Part shown: piece by piece, positions 40,101-52,100 of the stretch
Layout of the letters: every line of letters begins with the position of its first letter
Position numbering within the stretch: the stretch's first letter is position 1
Assembly: GCF_963676685.1 (NCBI RefSeq)
Contig: NC_092351.1
Location: 61,194,001 to 61,258,000, forward strand
DNA from: Mytilus edulis
Taxonomy: Eukaryota
Direction of reading: 5' to 3'
Length of the DNA stretch: 64,000 nt
Program-made: the position numbers and the translations under genes
The notes under the pieces: generated by a model
Seen by the model: only the letters and a program-made list of their open reading frames with translations
What the model was told of the DNA's origin: nothing
Databases searched by the model: none

Positions 40101-43100
40101 TGTCAATTTTATGTTATCTTATACATCCTAAATTTTGACTACATAGTTTAAATTTAATTTTAACAATTTTCAAAAAAAAATAATTCACTAGGCTCTTTAT
40201 CTTGAGATACAGCTGAATATTTGCTTATTTGTAGTACATATATTAATGCTTAAATATTTTTTTATATTATACAACCCCCATGACCCAAATCAAATTTATT
40301 GGAAATTTCATGGATTTAGAACTTTAAAAAAAAATCACTTTTTTGGTTCATTTACTTTTATCTATTGGAAAGCTTTATCTCATTCACATGTGGAAGAATT
40401 AAGGCATTACTGGGGTTAAGTCATAAAGTAATGAAGTCCCATCGATTATTATTGCAGTTAACAATTATTTTTAATTAGTTCAGTAATCGCACATCAACGC
40501 TGGGGGTATTATACAACTCGTCTCGAAGAGTTATTGTCCGTTATCGAGCCCGAGTTATCTTTCTTCTTTCGAAACCGTAAACAAATGGCGGCCAAAATCT
40601 ACGTGAACGACAGTCTCGAATTACAAGTATTATTGCCAAGAAAACGAAAACGGAAACGGGTTTTGAAAGAAAATAATTCAGTAGCTCATAGAAATAGAAT
40701 TTTGAAACACACGTGTGCTTTAGAAATGTTGCCGAATGGAAGTGAAAGTGATATACAGTAGGCAAAGACAAAAATTATCTTCCGACTCAATCAATTTACG
40801 TTTTCGACAAGCGTTTTTTAAGGTAAACTGCTTCTCACTCTATGAAAAGGTTACGGACGCTCAACCTAAGATATTTATTTACATTTTATCAAAATTTGAC
40901 CGCACAACTCGCTATGGTTCCCGAGTTTTCAATGACCAAAACTACGAGGTCGTTTTTGATGAAGCACATGTGAAATTAATCCCGGTCAGGCAAACGGCTC
41001 GTGCAAATAAATTTCGGCCAGGGAATCCCGCGAAACAAATAAATTCAGTAGTGAAAGTGTTAAACTGACATTTAAAGAGATATCTAACGAGGAGAAAGGT
41101 TGAGACATGATAGGGGTAATACATTTATTTTACCAATGTCTTGTGCTATTTTGGCTAATGGTCTTCTGTACCACCAAAGCATCCTCTTGGCATCCACTCT
41201 TATGTCAATTAGATTTGTAAAAAGAGCTATTAGTGGTGCTATTGGAAGTGAGGCTGCAAATAACTGGAAGAAAAATGATTACATATGAAAAATTGGCCAA
41301 ATAAGAAAAATGGCAAAATAAAAATAAGATCATCAAAAGAAAAGGCAGCTGGTTAAAGAAAATAATTAAGAAACATATATTAAATTTAAGTAGATTATTT
41401 AAAACAAAAGAACAGCATTAATTTCCTATGTCTTTAAACTTGATCAATTTTTATCTGTCTGTAAGTCCAAGGGCAATAACTCCCAATAATTTGTTTGTTC
41501 TTTGAAACTGTTTAATGAACGCTTAAATAATGAAGGCATGAGCTTGGTAACTTTATTCCCTTTATAATTTCTATTTCCAAGGTGAAACACTCCTATAAAA
41601 TTAGGCATGTTCTGTAAGAAAAACTTTTTGGTATAAACCTTCAATATAAATTCAATAAAAATCTGACAAAAAATGAAGGTGTTAGAGTGCTTAAAATGCA
41701 ACTTTAGATATAAATTATATTTTAAAGGGACATTATTCCTGACAAAGAAATTGATAATTGCTGATTTTTTAATATATGTATAAATTTACCTCATTATGAT
41801 TCTGCAATGTTTTTATTTTATACTGAAAAGTGACAGAATTATCCTTTGGCACTTCTGAAATAAAGAGTTAGCTCCCATAAACAACCCCCAATCTCCCCCT
41901 CTCCTGAACTTAATTTTATTTTGTAAACAAACCATAAGGAATCCATATTGTATGATTTTCTCTGTGTATTCTCCCATGGTAAAATCACCAAGTGAAGGTT
42001 TGAGAGCCTCTTTCTGGACAAAAGTCAATTTTTCTTGTATGCCTTCCACTTTTCCTTTACAGCACCATTGTGGACGCTTTCTCCATAAACGCTGAAGCAA
42101 TCTGAGATTTTTAAATAAAAACACAAACACTCAGTTATAAATGATAGGACAAAAGTATAAAACTGAACAGTCCATATGTCAATTTATTGTTATTGTTTTT
42201 CTCAAACAAACAAATCAATTGTGATAATCGCCTTTTATAATTTAACATCTTCAATTTTGCGTTCCTAATTTTTGTGTAAAACTTTTCACACACACATTTA
42301 GTTTAGCTGTAGGTGCTCTTTCTTGGGAAGAACCTTTCTAATTTGATATATCATTGTGTATTTTATTCTCTGTACCTTATTTTGTTTCAGATAAAAAGGG
42401 GAAGGTTAATTTTTAACAAAAATAGTATGATCCTTTTACAGGTTTATGTGCCTTCATCTAGTAAAGAATCTTGAAAGTGGTTAAATTTATCTACATCTTA
42501 ATGTTTTGGTCTATTCAGGAATTTGATTTTGATACAAATATTTAGGGGCCTGTTTTGAATCAATCCCACTAAGAGAGTTTTAGCACTTGAAACGTTTAAT
42601 GTGTCCACTAGTGAAAACTGTGTTTTTATGCCCTACCTATGATAGTAGAGGGGCATTATGTTTTCTGGTCTGTGCCTCCGTTCGTCCCTCCGTTCTTTTG
42701 TCCGTCTGTGCGTTTGTTCGCTTCAGGTTAAAGTTTTTGGTCAAGGTAGTTTTTGATGAAGTTAAAGTTACATCAACTTGAAACTTAGTACACATGTTCC
42801 CTATGATATGATCTTTCTAATTTTAATTCCAAATTAAAGTTTTGACCCCAATTTCACGGTCCACTGAACATAGAAAATGATAGTGGGAGTGGGGCATCCG
42901 TGTACTATGGACACATTCTTGTTCTTCTATGTGTTGCAGTCTCATTGATTTTAATCTCACATTTCATTTTACTCATATAAAATAGAATTTGACATGTTGC
43001 ACCAAAATATAAATTTCATGAAATTCTGTAAATTGTTAAACTAAGTATGTTAGATGATAAGTACTTACGGCAAAACAACATCAGAGAAGAATTTAGGCAA

Positions 43101-46100
43101 GGGCTTGCAAATGATAAGGATGAGGATCTGGAAGGAGAGTTCTGACATACAGTTACCATTAGGTTCACACTTATCATTGTACTTTGGTCCTAAACCAAAA
43201 ATACCATCCTCACCAAATCTCTGTAAATATATTAGAATGATACCATGATTAATTCAATCACTATTGGCTTCTAATCAATAATTAAAAACAAAATATCTAA
43301 TACCAAATCAAATCAAATCAAATCAAATCAAATATTTTATTGTCATATAAACTTTACAGTTTGTGACCAACACAATAAACATACATATTAAACATACACA
43401 ATAACAACAGCATCAATTTTTTTTTTTCAACAACAAACAAGTTGTTAAGAGTCCCCTGCCCAAATGACAAAATCAAGTCAATTAAGTGCCAGTCTTTGTA
43501 AGAATCAGGCAATTTGGGTAAAAATTAAAACATGATTAGAAAAAACCCACCGAGTTTATCATGCTATTTAATACTAACCATCATCCTGAGTTCAAAAGTA
43601 TTAGTCTTTCGTTTGTGTGTGTCTGGTAATATCAAATAACTTGGTTAGAATGATAGCAAATTACAGAGTTATCTCCCCTTATTCGTTAATTTCTAGTGCA
43701 TTTCAACCAAATTGTATCTTATATTACTAGAACAGAAACTGGAAATGAATCTTATTTTTGTGCATAACTACATATCATGAACTGAAATCAATGTCAAATT
43801 GGATGGGTTTTTTTGGTCATGTTTTCACCACTGCCTGATTCTTAGACAGACTGGCACTTAAATGAGCATCATTCCTGATCTTTTCATTAAAGCAAACATA
43901 AAAGTATATGTTACTTAAAGTGTTTTCTTTTTAAAGAAATCATCCTTAATATAAACATTTTTTGTCCTTCATAATTGAATATTCAAATTAAAGGTGTGAC
44001 ATCCTGCATTAGTTATCTACAAGGACAAAAGTTAAATTTCAGAAATACAAACCCCTCTGACAAAGGCTATGTAGAAACATGAAGCGTAATTGTTAGCAAA
44101 CTGGAAGGCAAACAGCTTCACAATCAAGGCGTCATTGTAAGATGTCTGTGTTCTGTGATTTTCTACAAAGACACACAATATAAAATTGTTTTTAAGGTTA
44201 ATTTCAAGCACTTGATAGATCATGATCTAATTGAGAAATTATTGTATGGCTTTTTTTTTATTCTCACACCTGGTGAAAACTTTTGGAAAAAATTATGCAG
44301 TTGAAAGAATTATAGCTCATTTGGTCAAGTAACACTCTGTATGAGTAAACTTTGAGGCAATCTGTGAATTTTGCTTTCAATATGAAATTTTCGTTATAAA
44401 GAATTATTTTTTTTACATTTTTATCCAAAAGAGCAAACATTGCCTTGAATCTGAGGTGAGTTTTTGTTTGAAGTCAATTAATATTTATTTTTGAATAAAA
44501 TCAAACAAACAAAAATCTTACCCCAGTCTGTTAGCTTTCTTGCCAGCCAGTCATAAAGCTACAAGGTAAAATAGAATTGTATTTAAAAAACCTCATTGAC
44601 CTATTAACCCACAGTATTATAAAATATTACTTCTACAACAATTCAAAATCTTATTTCTATATGAAATTCTCTATCTAATATTCTTCAAAATAATGTCTTG
44701 TTGGCTGTTGCCTCTAATCTCCTTGTATTGGTAAAACATGTTAAACTGAAAGAGCTAGTTCAACCAAAATTAAGAGCAGAATCTGCTTATCCTGCTTAAG
44801 AGCCTAATAGCACCCTTTATTTTTTTAAATGATTCATGGACTTGTTTGTCATTTAATTGTTTTTGGGTTTGTGTCATGAGGTTGTCAGTGTATTTTTTAC
44901 TTATGAGTCTTTATCTTCCACCTCTTTTTTAGATGTACATGTGATGCATAGTAATTTTGAAAAGAAAATTATCCTCTACTGCCATATACATTTTAGACTA
45001 AAATATGATTTTAATTTTTGCGATATTCAAAAAAATCCTGTTTAATTCATATAAAAATTTTCAAAATTCATATCTAAATTATTATGATTATCACCCTGTC
45101 ACATTTTACGCAATAATAAAAACATGGCAATAATTTCTGAATTTACAGTATTCCAGTTACCTTGCTTAATATCAAAATTGATATTGTATTCAGTAAAGAT
45201 GAAACAACTGTCGTAACCATCACACAGGCTTGTGCGGACATGTTGGGACAGTAGTCAACACTAGCGAACACTCTGTACACAATGACGCCAAGTACGCTCG
45301 CCAAAACAACACATAACATGAAGATTAATGTCAACCCGGACAACAGGAACTTTTTTAGCTGTTCTCTCATTGGATAGTACCAGTCTTCTTCCCCTGTCAC
45401 TGGATCCTGAAAAGAATGGGAAAAAAATATTAATAGTAACACATTTATGTACATGTATATATATATTCACCCGTTAGAATGGTTTTACACTAGTCTTTTT
45501 TGGGGCCCTTTATAGTGGGGTGTTCAGTGTAAGCCAAGGCTCTGTGTTGAAGCTGGTAATTTGACCTATAACGGTTTGCTTTTACAAATTGAGACTTGGA
45601 TGGAGAGTTGTCTCAGTGGCGCTCATACCACATCTTCTTATATCTATATAGCCAAAGAATAATTATTTTTGCTAGAATGAATAGAAGAATTAACTAACAG
45701 GTAAAGTAGTAAATCAATAAATCCATTCATAAGTCTATTCATTATTTAATAAATAAATCAATCAATCTAAACCAAATTGACACATTCCATACACACTAAA
45801 TGTTTAGTCCTATAACAGATCCTTACTAGATCATATGTAACACAAGCAAGGCTAAAAGAAAAAGAAAATTGTTTATATAAAAAAAAAACTTTTTTCTTAA
45901 AGTGTAGCGGTCAGTCTAACAAGCTAAACTTGGTTGATTTATGCAGTAATTTGTACGCCTCCAATATGGCAACAAAGGGGAAGTAACTATTGCTCAAATT
46001 GTGTCAATTGAAATCGTTCTATTGATTTGCTACTGATTGACATTTTTGGAAGTTCTAAACACGTGTCATTTGAATAACAACAATGAGTAATATTCTTCCT

Positions 46101-49100
46101 CAAGTACTTATTCAAGTACAACTTTAAGTATGGCGTTACAATTCATAATTGATACAAAACAGTTTTTTAATGTTTAAAAGCAATGAATTATCACATAATT
46201 TTTGATAATAATAAAAAAACACAAGTATAACTCTATCATTAAATTGCTATATAATTTGTTAATGTTTGTGAACTATATTTATTCACAAAGCTATATACAA
46301 ATTTTTTAAAATAATTATTAAAAAACATATATTTTTGGTTAAATTTTAAAAATATCTCAATTTGTTTTATTACAAAACTGAAGCTGCCTTATTTTTTGTT
46401 TGTGCAAATGTATTACAAAAAAAGCTTCAAAGTATAGTTTCATCCAAGCTAAAATTTATAAATGCAGCTTTTTCATTCCTTATTTTCAATATATAAAATG
46501 TCTCAAAGTATATATATAGACAAGCATTGAAAATCATTTGTTTCAAATGGAAAAATTTGTTAGACCTGGTTGAACATAATGCAGCTTGAGACAACAGATC
46601 TGTCTCCCCTGAGGCATTTAATAGAACTTTCAAGACATATTTATGCATAAATTGATGCACAAATTCAGTTTTCTACTTTCATTTCATTAAACTATTTAAT
46701 AAAGTATTATTGAAATGTAATTGAAAAGATTACATCCCTTTTTTTATTATACGGATGTATGGATGAACAAAATACCAAAATATGTCCTTCTGTCCTGTCT
46801 TTAGAGACAGGAGAATAAATTATAACATGCAAATCATTAACTGATCAGAGACCACAATAATTCTTAGTGCATTCTTTTAGACAATAAATGAAAATCTAAA
46901 AAAACCAACATCAGTGCTTTCTCAATAATTTTTTTACAGTGTGTTGTACTACATTTGGACAAATTATATCAAAATTATAGAAAACTTCATCTGCTCTAAC
47001 TCAAAATATGGACAATTTTATGTTAAGGGGATCTTGAAATCTTTTGTCAGCTGGACCAAATCTGACTACTTTACTTTAAAATTCATGACCCAAATTTTTT
47101 GACAGTGTCATTTCATCCCCTTCTTGCTTTTTGAGGCATAAAACATGGAGAAATACATTTGGAAGGGGTTTTTTAAAAAAATGGCAAGTAAAACACTATC
47201 CACACTTGGGACTATACTCGTGGCAACAAAAATCAAGGGACGACAATTGTGGTCTCAGACCAACTTCTCATTGAGTTTCATTGTCATGTAGCAGATACTG
47301 CACTATAAAGAAAATAATCTACACCAAGTTATAATTTTTGTTAAATGCATGATTCCATAAAGAGCTATTCAAACAGAGAAATTGAAGATAATTTATATAC
47401 AGTCAATAGAATAGATCGATAGAAGGAAGATCTGAAACTATACACCTACAACCTAATAATGCTATTGTAATTTGGCATTGTCAGACTTTATAGGTACTTG
47501 GTATACTGAGAAATTTAACAAAGGATTATTAAATCATCCACCTGCTATGTTGGAGGGTCTGAATCAGGGGTGAGGATAGGGGTGTAATCCTACAATTTTG
47601 TATTCCTTAATTTGTAAGTTCAGTTTTCTCTAATCTTTACATATTTTGCTAATTATTCTCTATTTATTATGTTTAAGCACTCCATCATACTCTGTTCTTT
47701 ACTTTTTTGGTCATTTTAATACCCCACCTACGATAGAGGGGTATTATGTTTTCTGGTCTGTGCCTCCGTCAATTTGTTTGTCCGTTCGTCCGTCCGTTTG
47801 TCCCACTTCAGGTTTAAGTTTTTGGTCAAGGTAGTATTTGATGAAGTTGAAGTCCAATCAACTTGAAACTTAGTACACATGTTCCCTATGATATGATCTT
47901 TCTAATTTTCATGCCAAATTAGAGTTTTTACCCCAATTTGATGGTCCATAAAAACATAGAAAATGATAATGCGAGTGGGGTATTCGTATACTTGGGACAC
48001 ATTTTTGTTTCTAAACTTTTTCACCATCATTATTCTCTATTCTGTTATCACCATCCTGACCCTTATGTTGGATTTGAAAAACATGAACAATAAATTCAGA
48101 GTAGTTGCAAAAAGTATGCATGCTAAATTTCCTTCTGTTTAGGATATTACAATGTAATTAAAAACCCTCCTTTTCTTCTTCAGTTTTATAAGGTTGATAA
48201 CCATAAGGGAAAGAAAATAAATTAACATGCAATTAACATGCCATTACTACATGCTTTGTTATAAATTAGCTAGGCCGTTAATATTCTCAATTGAATTGTG
48301 TCATATTTTTAAAGATTTACTTTACAGTATGAGTATTTTTCACTGTTGAAGGCTGTTCAATTGCCTATTAAATTGCTTACATCAAATTCATTTAAACTTT
48401 GAAAGATATTGTCTCATTGGCAATCATACCACATGTCCTTATAATTTTCATACATGTATGCATCGCTAATTTATGCTTTGTGAGATGAGGGCTTCTGTTT
48501 CCCACTTAAAATTAAGTATTGTTGTCATTACAATGCAATAAACAGTTTGTCACATGACTTTAATATAGAAAACTATTGGTTAAAATAGCCACACTGTAGT
48601 CATAGAGTTCTACCTTTCTTAAGGACTAATCTATAAATAACACATAGCTTAGAGGATGATAGAGCAGATTGTTACCACAAGAAAGTGTTATCTCCCTTGT
48701 ATCAACCAATCAAAATCTGTCATTTTGGCATGAAGTATAATAATCTTATTTATATCAATTCTGTGTTTCCCAGTACACAAGATATTGTTGCTTCTCTTAC
48801 CAAATGTAACTCCTTCTTCTCTAGTAGACCTTAATAATCTGACAAGTAATGTAACCTGAGAAGTATTTGTAAGATATATTAAACGGAAGCAATATTCCTG
48901 TCTTGTGATTCTTCTGTTGTACTTTACAACACAATGTTAAACAGTTAACAGCAATAGCAGCTATACATGTGCAGTATACAGGGCTTTTTACAAATATACA
49001 ATATATATTTCTTTTCAATTCTTGTTCATTAACAAATATTTATAAAAATTCAATACACATGGCAATATTATGTTGTCAAGGCAACATCAATACACATGTT

Positions 49101-52100
49101 AATTTAGTGTATATTATAAACTGTGATGAATTAATGTCAACAGAAAACTATATTTTATAGCAAATCTAATTGTCATTAAGCTCAGAAAGCACAGAATCTA
49201 ATTGTCAAGGCTCAGTAAACACTTGAGTCAAGTGACCAATCATCATCCATCCTTTAAACTTACCTGCTGTCAAGATTAAACCTACCTTCTAAAATTCATA
49301 AATCAGTACATGTAATAAGATAAATGGCAGCATTGTATCATAGAATTATTTAAATTTTAACAAATTTTCTTGGAATGACATGTCAGTAACTGCTTGTATT
49401 CCTGTATTAATTCCTGTATCCTTATCATTTTGTTTAGTTTCTTTTTGTAACATATTCTGACATTGGCTTGGGGGTTTAAATCTCAAAAACATGTTTGTCC
49501 CCACCACATCTTTTCACCCGTCCCACTTCAGGAGCCTCTTTCCTTTGTTAGTCTTGACTGATTTTTAATTTTAATTCATTTATACATTTCGGAGTTTAGT
49601 TTGACTTTTTCATTATCAGTGAAGTAGTAAACATTTTTTGTTTAGAGGCCATCTGAAGCACGCCTCTAGGTGATGGATTTGATTCCTGTATTGAAGACCC
49701 ATGGGTGGCTTTCAGCTGTTGTCTGCTCTTTGGTCAGGTTGTTGTCTCTTGGACACATTCCCATTTTCTTTCTAAATTTTATTTCTTGTATTAAGGTGGA
49801 ACCCAACACTTTAACTAAAATTAATTTGGCTTGTTTAATTTTCATAAAATTTTGACAAAGTTTTTACTTTGACCCTTTGACAAAAATACAAAAAATTTTA
49901 AAAATTTGAACCAACCATTTTATCAGAAAAATTACACTGGTTATATAGCAGTTTGACAAACACTTATTTTGATCATTTAGAAGCTTAATATTCCCTTTAC
50001 AACACAACATAATTAAAACGTATAGCTGATTTTACAGAGTTATCTCCCTGTAGTGTTAGGTACCACCTTATTCTGATAGATAGTTGTCTCATTGGCAATC
50101 ATACCACATCTCCTTGTTTTTATGACTTTCGTCAAAGGAATAGATAATTTTATGTCCGTGATGAAGGGAATTAATTAATTTTTTGATAATTTGTTTGAAA
50201 TCTAAAATGCTTCTATTATTTTTTATAACAATTTATTCAGCCCTTGGACCATATCATCTTTATGTCCTTGATAAAAGGAACAAGTCATTCATTTTCTGAT
50301 AATTTGTTTAAAATGGTTCCATTATTTTATTATAATACAATTTATTCAGCCCTTGGAAAATTGATTGAAAAATGGTAGACTGCATTAGTTGTGCCTGTAT
50401 TTGGATAGGAATTAAATATTTTTTTTAATTTCTTTCTTACCTCTCTAGCTTTTGTTCCATAGAATTCTGGTCGGTCTGGTTCTGTGGCTTCAAATTCATC
50501 CACATCCCATTCATAGGCTAAGGTAGAAGTTTTCCTCTTCCATAATTCCAAAAATAATGTACCTGAAAATATACAAGTTAGTTCATGGGTTGACATTCAG
50601 GTTCATTTCTATCATATTTCACAAATCTGACTCAACAGAAAAAGTGTTGTGCACATACTGTACATCTATTTTATTTTGTTCATGGTTTTTTTCAGTACAT
50701 GATTGAAGGGGTTAGGTCAATTTATGGCATTTCGAATTTTGTTCAGGATTTTCAAATTCTTTGGTTTTTTTTGTTTTGTTTTTTAATCTGCAACCGGACA
50801 TAAACAAACTTACCCCAGACACAGATTATCATGGCATAGTATGGTGTGGCCTCATTGTCACAGGCTTCTTTTATTACTGTCAATATCTCTGTTACCCTAG
50901 AAAAAACATACAAAATATTATCATGAAATTTACTCTAAAAAAAGAAAATTTGGTATGATTGCCAATGAAACAACTCTTCACATGGTACCAAATGATACAA
51001 AAAATAACAACATTAGGTACCCATACAGCCTTCAAGTATAAGTAAAATCCTTACCAAATTTATTGTCAATCTCATTAAAATTCAATGTACTGATAAACTA
51101 CACTCCACTAACTAGTGTAGCGTATCAGAGTGGAGTGTAGCATATACTGTGGATTCATTTATTTTCGTGGGTACCAATTTTCGTGGTTTGAGGAAAATTT
51201 ACATATTCGTGGATATTTAGTTTCGTGGTTTTGGCAAAGTCTACACTCATTCCTTTAGAAAATTTGTCATTCGTTGAACATTTGAATTCGTGGTTCTCTT
51301 GTACCAACGAAATCCACGAAAATTGGTATCCAACAGATAATTATGAATCCACAGTATAAGAACATCCGATTTTAATGAGATTGACTAAATAGTCAGTTAA
51401 AAGCTTAAAAAGGCCCCAAAATGACAAATGCAAAACAATTCAAATTTTGAGAAAAGTAAAAGCCTGATTTATGTACAAAATAATGAATGAACAAGAATGT
51501 GTCCATAGTACACGGATGCCCCACTCACACTATCATTTTCTATGTTCAGTGGACCCTGAAATTGGGGTCAAACTTATAATTTAGAATTATAATTACAAAG
51601 ATCATATCATAAGGAACATGTGTACTAAGTTTCAAGTTGATGTAACTTTATCTTTATCAAAAAATACCTTGACCAAAAACTTTAACCTGAACTTTGCACT
51701 ATCATTTTCTATGTTCAGTGGACCATGAAATTGGGGTCAAAACTATAATTTGGCATTAAAATTAGAAAGATCTTTTCATGGGGAACATGTGTACTAAGTT
51801 TCAAGTTGATTGGACTTCAACTTCTTCAAAAACTACCTTGACCAAAAACTTTAACCTGAAGCGAACGGACGCACAGACGTACGCACAGACGGACGGACGA
51901 ACGAACGAACGAACAGAGGCACAGACCAGAAAACATAATGCCCCTCTACTATCGTAGGTGGGGCATAAAAACATAAATAGACATAGGAAGATGTGGTATG
52001 TAGTATTTATAAAATGTGAATCAGTCACCAATTTCTAAAATGAAAAGAGTATGAGTGTAAAGACAGAAATGTCTTTTACTTCTTTCCAACAAAAACAATG

